Below, in pieces: positions 19,836 to 28,383 of a stretch of DNA of 64,000 nucleotides. The position numbers and the translations under genes were made by a program. The stretch's first letter is position 1. Every line of letters begins with the position of its first letter. This stretch comes from a virus (taxonomy: Duplodnaviria > Caudoviricetes). Under the pieces are notes generated by a model. The model did no database searches, had not been told where the DNA came from, and saw only the letters and a program-made list of their open reading frames with translations. The DNA lies in the IMG/VR virus record IMGVR_UViG_3300028840_001835. One strand, 5' to 3'.

Positions 19836-20487
19836 CTATAGGCAAGCCCTGGTTTTCAATCGCTATGAAATTCTGGGACTCCTTTTCCTGTTTCCCAGCA
19901 ACCTCCGATGGTCCATGATATTCACTAAAGTCTGCGCCAAATGTTATAGACCATTTCTGAGCAGCCGTTTGAGAATAATCAAATGTTAATGGAGTCGCCC
20001 TAAGAAAATAAGCATCCTTATATACATATCGGTAAGTTGGTTGATCAAACTCATCCAGAGCCTCAAACACAAGGCTTCCTATTCTATTAAGGATGGCTGG
20101 AAAGTGGATACCATTTTCATCAATAATTCTCTTCTGAGCCCAATCAACAAAACGGGACATGGTTCCTTTATTATCATCTTCAAACATCACTGCGATCTCA
20201 AACCCCTCATGTCCAAACACGGGAAAGGTGAATGGAAATATACCTTCCATCAAAACTTCTTTCTTAAAGTCATAGTTTGGAACCGTGATGTTCACGACCA
20301 TGAACTCTCTTATATTAGGCATTGGGCCTGATAGGGCGTCCATCTTCTCTTTAATCTTTGCTATTCTTGGATTCTTATTCGGCTCCTCGATCTTATCTGG
20401 AACAATGGTCAAAACAAACTTGTCCGTCTTTTGGATCGTCTTATCACCTTTAAAGAAATCGTTATATAGTTCTGGTCTTACTGGCAT
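19831..20487 (-). CDS. Tail tube paralogue (gp54-like tube initiator)
   Basis: gp19-fold pattern VNITVPNY...IAVMFEDD...FVDWAQK...FDYS...WSITF. Confidence 0.65.
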   Translation of the reverse strand: MPVRPELYNDFFKGDKTIQKTDKFVLTIVPDKIEEPNKNPRIAKIKEKMDALSGPMPNIREFMVVNITVPNYDFKKEVLMEGIFPFTFPVFGHEGFEIAVMFEDDNKGTMSRFVDWAQKRIIDENGIHFPAILNRIGSLVFEALDEFDQPTYRYVYKDAYFLRATPLTFDYSQTAAQKWSITFGADFSEYHGPSEVAGKQEKESQNFIAIENQGLPIV

Positions 20488-20515
20488 ATGTATCTCCGTT
20501 CAATTCATTCAAAAG

Positions 20516-20523
20516 TATTTATA
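20516..20523 (-). promoter_or_regulatory. T4-type late promoter TATAAATA
   Basis: Exact match. Confidence 0.8.
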
Positions 20524-20526
20524 ACA

Positions 20527-20554
20527 GAAAAAGAGGGTTTACAGAAAACCCTCT
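20527..20554 (-). terminator. Rho-independent terminator after the tail tube gene
   Basis: AGAGGGTTT-loop-AAACCCTCT followed by a T-run on the minus strand. Confidence 0.75.
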
Positions 20555-20583
20555 CTTAAAACCATTATTTTAGGATCATTGAC

Positions 20584-21108
20584 TTATTCAGGACGCCAGA
20601 AATCGTACTGCCACGTCACATCAAACTTCACACTATCAGAACCTGTGTAATCCAGGGTACTATCAGCGATATTCTGAGGCCATGTATTAAAAAACTTCAC
20701 TGAACCAACCAAGTCTCCGTCACCCTTATACATCTTGAGAGTCACATCCCTTGATATATCTCTCTTTGTAGGTGCTCCCTGTTTACCGCCGGATGCTGCA
20801 GTTGAATGATCAAAGATCAGCTGCATCCATGAGTCTATCGCCTTAAAAACGATTCCATCCTCAAACTCCTCAAACTGGGTTGAGAATGTTCCAGGGTAAT
20901 CGGTACGACCAGGGAAGAACTGTTTGGTTCCCATGAAGAAACTTTCAATTGGCTGTATGGTTCTACCAGGGATGACCACGTTCCTTACTCTCAGGACCAT
21001 GTCATCCATGTCGAGTTCGGCGATGCTAGGGATGAACAGTTCCCATTGAAAAACCTTCTGGACATCGCCCAAGTTTCCGAGTCTTCCTTCTGCTGTAAAA
21101 TTCGCCAT
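20584..21108 (-). CDS. gp19: Tail tube protein gp19
   Basis: VVIPGRTIQPIESFFMG...FPGRTDYPGTFSTQFEE...FFNTWPQNI...LDY...FDVTWQYDFW. Confidence 0.92.
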   Translation of the reverse strand: MANFTAEGRLGNLGDVQKVFQWELFIPSIAELDMDDMVLRVRNVVIPGRTIQPIESFFMGTKQFFPGRTDYPGTFSTQFEEFEDGIVFKAIDSWMQLIFDHSTAASGGKQGAPTKRDISRDVTLKMYKGDGDLVGSVKFFNTWPQNIADSTLDYTGSDSVKFDVTWQYDFWRPE

Positions 21109-21135
21109 GCTATTCTCCTTTTAAATCTTTACTCG

Positions 21136-21143
21136 TATTTATA
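21136..21143 (-). promoter_or_regulatory. T4-type late promoter TATAAATA (tandem copy 2)
   Basis: Exact match upstream of gp19. Confidence 0.75.
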
Positions 21144-21147
21144 CAAG

Positions 21148-21155
21148 TATTTATA
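21148..21155 (-). promoter_or_regulatory. T4-type late promoter TATAAATA (tandem copy 1)
   Basis: Exact match overlapping the terminator U-tract. Confidence 0.75.
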
Positions 21156-21179
21156 AAATGGGTACCCGAAGGTACCCAT
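21154..21179 (-). terminator. cUUCGg tetraloop terminator after the sheath gene
   Basis: ATGGGTACC-TTCG-GGTACCCAT-TTT on the minus strand. Confidence 0.8.
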
Positions 21180-21185
21180 CCAAAC

Positions 21186-22961
21186 TTAAACCGTTACTTC
21201 CGCAAGAGACACACCAGACCTGGTGATTACCATCTGAAGCTGGATGAACTCAATCGTCCTGGTAGGTTGTACATATATGTCAACATTCAGGATGTTGTTA
21301 TCCACGTCATCTGCACTGTTGTTTGTGTCATCAACAACAACTTTATACTGTTGTAAGCCACCACCAGACTGAACACCAGAGAGGAAACTATCAATTATAC
21401 TAAAGATCCTCAAACGTGTTGAGTCATTGTTAGGCTCAAAAATGAAAGACAACAGACTTGGCTCTATGGTGTTCTCCAAGAACAGAAGTAACCTTCTAAC
21501 AGCGATCTCACGGAGAGCCGTTACTGTCTTCTGAGCAGTTCTCTGACCCCAGATAACATTACCCTGTCCATTGATGAACTTAATTGCATTGATGTTTGCA
21601 TCGTACAAGTTACCAATCTGAGTCTTACTAAACTTGACACTCTGACCAAGCACTGGCAACACACCGCGCCTTATACCAGCAGGTGCGTTCCATGTATTTG
21701 CGATTCTATCTGTTCTTGCCATGATAACACCACCAAACAATGAGTTCGGAATATATACATTCTTATCATTGAATGAATCATATACAAGAGACCATCCAGC
21801 ATACTTAGCACCGTATGATGGAATCGTAAATGTGAGTCCATTACTCTCATTAATAATTGAAGTAGGATCGATCACCGATGTCCTACCAACTTGCATAGTT
21901 GCGATGCAGTCCTGTCTTGAAACAGCTACCTCTACGGGTTTCTTCATGGCCGTCTGATAACCAGTTGTCGTACCATATGTAGTACCAACAAGTATGTTGA
22001 CAGTAACCTTCTCTCGGTCTGTGTAAAATTCCCAACCATTTTCAAGGTTGGATGCATTCATCACAGTCGAAGAATCCGCTCCGTTTGCCAGAGCAGTCGT
22101 TGCACTAACATACATTGGATTGGTTCCCGCGGTCAAACCGTAGTTCTTCACATAGATATACTTGGAAATTCCATTGACTCTTTGTTCAATGTTGAGGTTG
22201 CTTCCATCGGGTCCAAGTAGGTCGCCCAATGAACCGTAGAACTCCTCGATTGCTGTCGTTGGAAATGAGTCAGCTGTCGTTGTTCTTGTAAACACCTCGA
22301 TCTTGAAAACTTTCTTCCACTTGGCGTCTGCCGCACTGGAAGCTGAACCATCGGTCTCTGGATTGTCATAAAAGAAATCCCAATCGACATTTGCGCTTGT
22401 TGATTCAACAAAGGCAGATGTTGCTGAGGTCCACGTGCTAGAATGACTAGCAGAAGTGGTCACCTTGATACCAACGTTGTTACCATAAGCACCAGGGCCT
22501 ATTGAAGCAATATTGAATCCACCTGATCCATAGTTATCAATGTCGTAAATCTCGTTAGCCTTGTTTGCGTCCCTTCCAAGAGCAACAAGAGCCGTAGCCG
22601 ATGTCGCAGTAAAATCTGTAGCTGCGCTTGCTGAATCACTTGTTAGAATTCTGTTAGCATAAACCTCTGTTCCATCCGCAACCCTTGTGAAATACAAGGC
22701 ACCTGACTCTTGGAGAAATTCTAATGCACCATATATTCCTGCGTCCACGGTGTCTGTCGTTCTTGAAGCTAACCAATCAGGGTTTGGATTTCCAAATTTC
22801 TCTATGAATTCCTTATCCGTTCCAACCAGAGTTCTTGCGTTAACCGGGCCTTTTGTGGCTCCGCCTACAATAGCGCCTGTTGAGGTACCTACCGGAGCAA
22901 CAACTTCAGAAATATCAGTTTCTAATCTCTCAATTCCCGGTGCTGTAAATTTTCTCGCCAT
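21186..22961 (-). CDS. gp18: Tail sheath protein gp18
   Basis: PGIERLETDIS, GPVN, WNAPAGIRRG, LYDANINAI, IWGQRT, VRRLLL, YVQPTRTIEFI. Confidence 0.97.
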   Translation of the reverse strand: MARKFTAPGIERLETDISEVVAPVGTSTGAIVGGATKGPVNARTLVGTDKEFIEKFGNPNPDWLASRTTDTVDAGIYGALEFLQESGALYFTRVADGTEVYANRILTSDSASAATDFTATSATALVALGRDANKANEIYDIDNYGSGGFNIASIGPGAYGNNVGIKVTTSASHSSTWTSATSAFVESTSANVDWDFFYDNPETDGSASSAADAKWKKVFKIEVFTRTTTADSFPTTAIEEFYGSLGDLLGPDGSNLNIEQRVNGISKYIYVKNYGLTAGTNPMYVSATTALANGADSSTVMNASNLENGWEFYTDREKVTVNILVGTTYGTTTGYQTAMKKPVEVAVSRQDCIATMQVGRTSVIDPTSIINESNGLTFTIPSYGAKYAGWSLVYDSFNDKNVYIPNSLFGGVIMARTDRIANTWNAPAGIRRGVLPVLGQSVKFSKTQIGNLYDANINAIKFINGQGNVIWGQRTAQKTVTALREIAVRRLLLFLENTIEPSLLSFIFEPNNDSTRLRIFSIIDSFLSGVQSGGGLQQYKVVVDDTNNSADDVDNNILNVDIYVQPTRTIEFIQLQMVITRSGVSLAEVTV

Positions 22962-23049
22962 GTTAAAACTCCTTAATGTGTATTTTTGATAAAAACAATA
23001 AAATTAATCAAAACATTTCACCCACTTATCAAATTTGTTTATCTAATAT

Positions 23050-23057
23050 TATTTATA
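23050..23057 (-). promoter_or_regulatory. T4-type late promoter TATAAATA
   Basis: Exact match upstream of gp18. Confidence 0.8.
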
Positions 23058-23075
23058 ATTCCAATGCTTTTTAAA

Positions 23076-24695
23076 TTACATAGGGTCATCGTCCTGTTTC
23101 AGACCCTCATCGTAACCCCAACCCTCATCAAGATCCTCCTCATTTATGGAGTCTGGTGTACTTCCATCATCAAAGAACATTACTGGTGCATCGTCCTCTT
23201 GTTTGGACTCATCAATTAGGAATTTCTTATCTATCTTTTTTATGTTGGTATTCTTTCCATCAAAGTGCACAGTTGAAACAAAATACAATCCCCAAATCAG
23301 AGCCATTACGCAATCATCATTTCCACCGCGCGGTGCCTTGAAAACATTCGGAGTGACCTCCTCGTATCTACTCAGTTCATAGATTGTATTCCTGTCAATT
23401 ATCTCCAACCAACCATTCTCAATATATCTCTTTAGTAGAATGTTAGCAGCTAATTTGGACTTTCTTGTTGACCGTATACCTATACCCTTCTTATCACAAA
23501 GAATGATCTTATCATACTCAAATTCAAACCAAATGGATTCGGCGACGGTTCCACCAACATCATTGTTCTCGACCATCATGTAACAGTCGTTATAATATTT
23601 GGAAACCGATATAACAATTTGCGCAAAGTCATGTGGCTCAATCAAATTATTTCGATATACCGCGACCTGTTCTATATCATTCTCCGATGATATCTTCAAA
23701 ACCTGAATAACGGAATAATCCTTTCCCGTGCCCTTGGCGCTATCAACACCCAACATATACATCTCCCCTTCCTTAGGTTCCTCATATATGGTAAGAAACG
23801 AACCCAACTTGAGGGTCTTGGGATCTTTCATCTGCATACGTTCCAATAGATCGGAGTCTATCAATGTATTGGTCGATCCAAGAAACTTACAAGCATACTC
23901 CTGGGCGAATGCCTGCGGTCCAAAGTCATTTATCTGCTCCTGTTTCCATTTCGCATCACGACCAGGAATCTCGTCCCAGTTGATCTTTATTGGCATGAAG
24001 TTATTTTCATTTCTTACCGCAGCACGCCATATATGATAGAACTGATTAAGTCCATTCGGCGTTGATACAATAATGATCTTTGTTGTTTTACCAGATGAGA
24101 TAGTGGGATACACAGAACGCATGAAATTGTCTGCTATATTCTGGGGAACGAAAGCAAACTCATCCAGATACAAAAGATTGATTGAGTATGTACGCATCGC
24201 TGATCCAGCCGTTGAACCAGAAATGATTCTTACGTGATTCTCAAATCCAATTGACCCTTTAGCCCAACCGCCGTACTGCTCCTCAATGCCCTGCTGAAGC
24301 CATAATGGAAGTTCCTGGAATGCGGTCTTTATCCTAAGCAAAATCTCGTGCGCGGTCTTCTCTTTGTTGGCAAGTATTGCTATTGTCTTATCCCTATTAA
24401 ATAAGGCATAATGAAGTATGTATAGTGCGGCAATGGTTGTCTTACCAGACTGCCGAGCACTAAGCATGATCACATGCTTTCTTTTCTTTGTGGGTTTAAT
24501 GAAGGCTTTTAAAATCTTTTTCTGATAGTAACGTAGCGGGATCCTCATTCTACCCTTGTCTACATCAATAATGTAAAAATACTTCTCAGCAAAGTACATT
24601 ACATCCTCTTTACACTTGATGTATTCAGCAAGTAGTTTCGGTGGCATGGCGACTTTCTCGCCAGGCCCTCTTAGAGTGGGATCCCCATTATACAT
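23076..24695 (-). CDS. gp17: Terminase large subunit gp17
   Basis: ARQSGKTT Walker A, LLYLDEFAFV Walker B, VSTPNG, FAQEY.CKFLGS, GVDSAKG.GKDYS, DDCVMA. Confidence 0.97.
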   Translation of the reverse strand: MYNGDPTLRGPGEKVAMPPKLLAEYIKCKEDVMYFAEKYFYIIDVDKGRMRIPLRYYQKKILKAFIKPTKKRKHVIMLSARQSGKTTIAALYILHYALFNRDKTIAILANKEKTAHEILLRIKTAFQELPLWLQQGIEEQYGGWAKGSIGFENHVRIISGSTAGSAMRTYSINLLYLDEFAFVPQNIADNFMRSVYPTISSGKTTKIIIVSTPNGLNQFYHIWRAAVRNENNFMPIKINWDEIPGRDAKWKQEQINDFGPQAFAQEYACKFLGSTNTLIDSDLLERMQMKDPKTLKLGSFLTIYEEPKEGEMYMLGVDSAKGTGKDYSVIQVLKISSENDIEQVAVYRNNLIEPHDFAQIVISVSKYYNDCYMMVENNDVGGTVAESIWFEFEYDKIILCDKKGIGIRSTRKSKLAANILLKRYIENGWLEIIDRNTIYELSRYEEVTPNVFKAPRGGNDDCVMALIWGLYFVSTVHFDGKNTNIKKIDKKFLIDESKQEDDAPVMFFDDGSTPDSINEEDLDEGWGYDEGLKQDDDPM

Positions 24696-24696
24696 A

Positions 24697-24873
24697 TTAA
24701 GTCGTTGCGCTAATTGCTATCGTTGTCGCAGACAAATCTGGTGAGATAGCATCCCTTCTCACTTTAAGCTCGTTTGAGGCGTCTATGTATGTCATATACA
24801 CAGTTCCACCATTAGCCGCTACATCAACAATAGTTACGGACTGGCCGTCTACTGTTGCACTAACACTATTCAT
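24697..24873 (-). CDS. Small 58-aa virion-type protein
   Basis: Not in track. MNSVSATVDGQSVTIVDVAANGGTVYMTYIDASNELKVRRDAISPDLSATTIAISATT with SD TAAGGAG; fills the gap exactly. Confidence 0.7.
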   Translation of the reverse strand: MNSVSATVDGQSVTIVDVAANGGTVYMTYIDASNELKVRRDAISPDLSATTIAISATT

Positions 24874-24883
24874 AAACTACTCC

Positions 24884-25117
24884 TTATTTAAAAAGGGACT
24901 TTGAGGTATTGAAGATCCATTTGGCCTGATCGGGTGAGAAGGACTTTTCTTTCTTGTAATAGTCCATGATACCCTGTGCCATCTTCAGCATCTCCTTCCC
25001 ATCCTTCTCAAGATTGTCATTCTTCTTGAGGGAACCTATGATAGCCTCGAGTGCGCCCTTTGCGTCCTCTGTACTACCCTCACAAAGCTGATCAACTAGG
25101 TATTGGTTAAAATTCAT
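24884..25117 (-). CDS. Putative internal head protein
   Basis: Starts MNFNQYLVDQLCE|G. Confidence 0.55.
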   Translation of the reverse strand: MNFNQYLVDQLCEGSTEDAKGALEAIIGSLKKNDNLEKDGKEMLKMAQGIMDYYKKEKSFSPDQAKWIFNTSKSLFK

Positions 25118-25132
25118 GATGTATCTCCTGTG

Positions 25133-25816
25133 TTATTCGTTACCAAGTTTTGCTTTAAGTTTTTCAATGTCCTTGTCAATAGCAGCGAGCTTGTCCTTAT
25201 TCTCAGTCCCCTCCTTCTGCTTCTCCAACTTCTCAATCTCTTTATTAATACTCTCTTTTGCTTTCTCGATTCTTGCCTTGATGGCGTCCTTTGCTGCGTC
25301 CTTTACAGACTTTCCAGCCTCGACCCCTTTCTCCACAGCACCGACAAGTGCAGGGTCAATTTTGGTTGCAATATTTTTCAATCCAGAACCAAGACCCTTG
25401 CCAAGTGACTTCATCGCTCCGGCGACCGCAGCTTTTGTATTCTTTAACTGCTCTTTAGAAACCGCCTTGGAACCCTTTTCTTCCTTTTCCTTACCCTCGG
25501 GTTCTTCTCCTTTAGTCTCTTTCTCTTTTGGCTTCTCCGCTGTATCGCCTTCCTTTCCTTTTCCTTTCACGTTTTTATCGAATGACATATTCCTAGTAAT
25601 ATCTGCAAGAGCTTGCTGTTGACCATCTGTCAGATGGTTGTTCTTCTGCAAATACTTCTTGAGATCCTCCAGGAATTTGGACTGTTTTGTTTCACTACCT
25701 ATCTCGGCCAGGGCTCTATTGATATAAAGTATGGTGTCCTCTGCGTACCCTTCATTCAGGGGTTCAAAGCGACCCTCGCCATACATCGCCTGTAACCAAT
25801 AGTTTGCGTCCTTCAT
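25133..25816 (-). CDS. Lys/Glu-rich putative internal head protein
   Basis: Leader ends ...FEPLNE|G; highly charged; first gene after late promoter 25836. Confidence 0.55.
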   Translation of the reverse strand: MKDANYWLQAMYGEGRFEPLNEGYAEDTILYINRALAEIGSETKQSKFLEDLKKYLQKNNHLTDGQQQALADITRNMSFDKNVKGKGKEGDTAEKPKEKETKGEEPEGKEKEEKGSKAVSKEQLKNTKAAVAGAMKSLGKGLGSGLKNIATKIDPALVGAVEKGVEAGKSVKDAAKDAIKARIEKAKESINKEIEKLEKQKEGTENKDKLAAIDKDIEKLKAKLGNE

Positions 25817-25835
25817 CCAATTCTCCCTTTCTATC

Positions 25836-25843
25836 TATTTATA
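25836..25843 (-). promoter_or_regulatory. T4-type late promoter TATAAATA
   Basis: Exact match. Confidence 0.8.
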
Positions 25844-26443
25844 CTATTCACGGACTTCTGGATACTTGATTCCTTTTTCATCCTTGAGATACACCTTCAA
25901 AGTGTCCAATTCAGACTGGGTCACGGTGAGTCCCCATCTAACCTTTACATTGTTCCATTTCTTACAATATCGCGGTTTCAATCGCTCCGGAATCTTCAAC
26001 CACTTGTCTGGACTTTTAGAACCTTTTGATCGGTTCTGCGATTTGGACACTGCTATCAGATGATCCGGATCATGTAAGTAATTGGCATACTCCATCTTTT
26101 TTGTTGAATTCCATGCCCAGGCTCCCGATATATGTGCGTCCTTTAGGGGGACTGTATGATCTATATCTATGTCCTTTGGATCGGTGAACCACTGACCAGT
26201 AAATAGATCAAACCATAGCCCCGATGTGACCCTGCACTGCTTGTCTGTCTTGAATTCCAATTCACCTATGTAGTAAAAATGTTCATCAACAAAGACCTCT
26301 TGTCTAGTGTCCCTACAATTCTTATCCTCATCGACCCAATGCTTGTAATCTTTTCTATCATATTTCGGAATAGTATCAACATATACACTATCACCCAAAC
26401 CAAGTTTTAAGCAAAGTAATATCGCAATTAAAAATAATTTCAT
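25844..26443 (-). CDS. Signal-peptide-bearing HNH nuclease (DUF1524/GmrSD C-terminal-like)
   Basis: MKLFLIAILLCLKLGLG leader; YDRKDYKHW, DIDH.VPL..AH.SGAWAW, LIAVS...NRSKG.K.PD.W. Confidence 0.8.
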   Translation of the reverse strand: MKLFLIAILLCLKLGLGDSVYVDTIPKYDRKDYKHWVDEDKNCRDTRQEVFVDEHFYYIGELEFKTDKQCRVTSGLWFDLFTGQWFTDPKDIDIDHTVPLKDAHISGAWAWNSTKKMEYANYLHDPDHLIAVSKSQNRSKGSKSPDKWLKIPERLKPRYCKKWNNVKVRWGLTVTQSELDTLKVYLKDEKGIKYPEVRE

Positions 26444-26455
26444 TTCAATTCTCCT

Positions 26456-27046
26456 TTATATTTCAAACGATTTAATTATTTGGGAAAGTATATCTTCTTT
26501 GTTCTTGCTCTTTGGCTGAATCTTGACCAGTTTGGCAAACTTCTGCCTTCGCTGTTTCATCGTTGGAGGTTTCTTTGGTTCCAATAATTTCTTGGTCACC
26601 TTGGGTCTGGGCGAGGCCTTGGGTTTGGTGTAGAATTTCTTCACCTGTGCCACGTTATTTACAATTCCGATCTCTGATGGCTTGACCCATTCTGGGGGAT
26701 GTCCGAACTCCTTCTGATAACCTCGTACCCCGGCGCCCCTTTCTAGGTCTCCGCGAAACCAAACGGTAGCTGGGAGCTTTTTAATGCCAGTGTCTATGGC
26801 TATCTGAATTCGATGATTCCCCTCTGTGACCAACGCCCATTCCCGGTGTAAATCATATGTAATGGTAAGTGGTACCTTTATACCTTTCTTGAGTATGTCC
26901 TTTTTTAATTTCTGATATGTTTCTGGCGAATGTTTACTAAAGGTTAGATTACTTCGGTCGTATTCCCTAAACATTCGGAGTACATCGGTCCTGATCATTT
27001 CTACCTTATTAGCTGGACCCTCGACTATGAGTTGACGAAAATTCAT
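26456..27046 (-). CDS. ParB/Srx-like domain protein with capsid-targeting-like leader
   Basis: LKKDILKKGIKVPL...VTEGNHRIQIA...LPATV; starts MNFRQLIVE|G. Confidence 0.75.
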   Translation of the reverse strand: MNFRQLIVEGPANKVEMIRTDVLRMFREYDRSNLTFSKHSPETYQKLKKDILKKGIKVPLTITYDLHREWALVTEGNHRIQIAIDTGIKKLPATVWFRGDLERGAGVRGYQKEFGHPPEWVKPSEIGIVNNVAQVKKFYTKPKASPRPKVTKKLLEPKKPPTMKQRRQKFAKLVKIQPKSKNKEDILSQIIKSFEI

Positions 27047-27612
27047 GCCGTCCCTTTTATAAACTTATGAAACCTCTCTATAGCACCCTCTAAAGTCTTT
27101 GCAGTGTTAAACGCCCTATGTGTATTGGTGACGAAGGTTACGTTTCCCTTCTCATCTATACTCTTCCAAACAGCGGGCGTTGCCTGACCCTTTGGTCCAT
27201 TATGCCACATCGCCTTCTTATCTATGCAGAGCTTTCTCTCATCATCGGTGAGAGTTTTCTTATTCTCTTTCAATTTTTCAAAATCCAAATGACTCTCCCT
27301 AAGACAAAAATCTTTCAATGTCTTTTCAATTATCTTTGTGGTTTTCTGTTTGATGTTTATGCCCGTCAGTCTACTAAATAGTTCCCTTGACACCTTATTC
27401 TTTCTATGTCCGACGGCCATTAGTAATGATCCATAGTCTCTATCGTCAATGAGATTTTTCAATTTATCATACCAGTCCTTCTGTTGTCCACGGATAAGGT
27501 CTTTCTTAATCTTTCCAAAATGACCTCTCTTATAAAACTTCTCAAAAGTCTTTTCAAAAATCTTCTCTTCCTTCTCCTGTCGGTAGAACTGTTTGAAACT
27601 ACGCCTACTCAT
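27043..27612 (-). CDS. Basic hypothetical protein, possible internal head protein
   Basis: Starts MSRRSFKQFYRQE; K/R-rich; overlapping stop/start coupling. Confidence 0.55.
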   Translation of the reverse strand: MSRRSFKQFYRQEKEEKIFEKTFEKFYKRGHFGKIKKDLIRGQQKDWYDKLKNLIDDRDYGSLLMAVGHRKNKVSRELFSRLTGINIKQKTTKIIEKTLKDFCLRESHLDFEKLKENKKTLTDDERKLCIDKKAMWHNGPKGQATPAVWKSIDEKGNVTFVTNTHRAFNTAKTLEGAIERFHKFIKGTA

Positions 27613-28123
27613 TACATATACCTCCCTCGTCAGTTATCTTGAAATCCGCCTTGATTTCATTTAGAGAGTTTTTACTTTTAGCATCCTCAATGAGTTTTGC
27701 GACCTCTTTATTCGATAGAAAATTATTCACTGTCAAATTCTTTGGACCTCCCAGCGGTCCTGCTAATTTAAACTTTAGTTCAACTATGGTCTTGTCGAGC
27801 TCCCGAAGCTCTTTTATACTTGTGATTTTTACATTGGCGAGGGTAGCATACACCTCAAACATTCTTGGGGGAGAACCTAATTTTATATCATTTCCGAGCT
27901 TGGTGATCACATCATTAAGATTGGACACACAGTTCTTGATCTCCTTCTTCATATACTCGGCTTCTTCCAAAGTCATTCCTGACAAATCTTTGGACACAAG
28001 ACTTTCCTTTTTCTTTAGGACAGTCTTAACCTCCTCGACCTCTTCACCATCAAAGGTCGTCTCCAACATCTCGTTTATCTTTTCAAACGAGTCGTTAGTC
28101 TCTAATTTCTTCTTCCTCGGCAT
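27605..28123 (-). CDS. gp16: Terminase small subunit gp16
   Basis: PRMFEVYATL...IKELREL...NLTVNNFLSNKEVAKLI, matching the T4-like gp16 pattern; start refined to MPRKK. Confidence 0.75.
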   Translation of the reverse strand: MPRKKKLETNDSFEKINEMLETTFDGEEVEEVKTVLKKKESLVSKDLSGMTLEEAEYMKKEIKNCVSNLNDVITKLGNDIKLGSPPRMFEVYATLANVKITSIKELRELDKTIVELKFKLAGPLGGPKNLTVNNFLSNKEVAKLIEDAKSKNSLNEIKADFKITDEGGICNE

Positions 28124-28361
28124 ATATATCACCCACTATTGAATCTTCATCGAATTCAAGAAATTCTCTCGGTGGCCCTTCCACTTCATAGGGCTGGAAT
28201 GTCTCCACGTCCCTCTCGATGGTTATGCCAAAGAATGAAACCCTTGACGCCGATAGTATCAAAATACCTAAACATAACAATAAAAAGAACAGACCCCACC
28301 TGAGCAGCCTGAACCTAGCGAACAGACCCCAGACGGTTTGTATTTTTTGTTTCACTTCCAT
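28095..28361 (-). CDS. Small single-pass membrane protein
   Basis: Basic N-terminus, hydrophobic WGLFFLLLCLGILILSA, acidic tail; own late promoter. Confidence 0.6.
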   Translation of the reverse strand: MEVKQKIQTVWGLFARFRLLRWGLFFLLLCLGILILSASRVSFFGITIERDVETFQPYEVEGPPREFLEFDEDSIVGDIYAEEEEIRD

Positions 28362-28375
28362 AATGCTCTACCAAA

Positions 28376-28383
28376 TATTTATA
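28376..28383 (-). promoter_or_regulatory. T4-type late promoter TATAAATA
   Basis: Exact match; contains the gp15 stop. Confidence 0.8.

Noticed and set aside
22962-23075. Structured leader upstream of the sheath gene
   Set aside because: Only short AT-rich inverted repeats (TTGATAA/TTATCAA), which are expected by chance at this composition
25844-26443. HNH as an HK97 gp74-like terminase helper or homing endonuclease
   Set aside because: It has a signal-peptide-like N-terminus and DUF1524-type motifs, and T4-like headful packaging does not need such a helper
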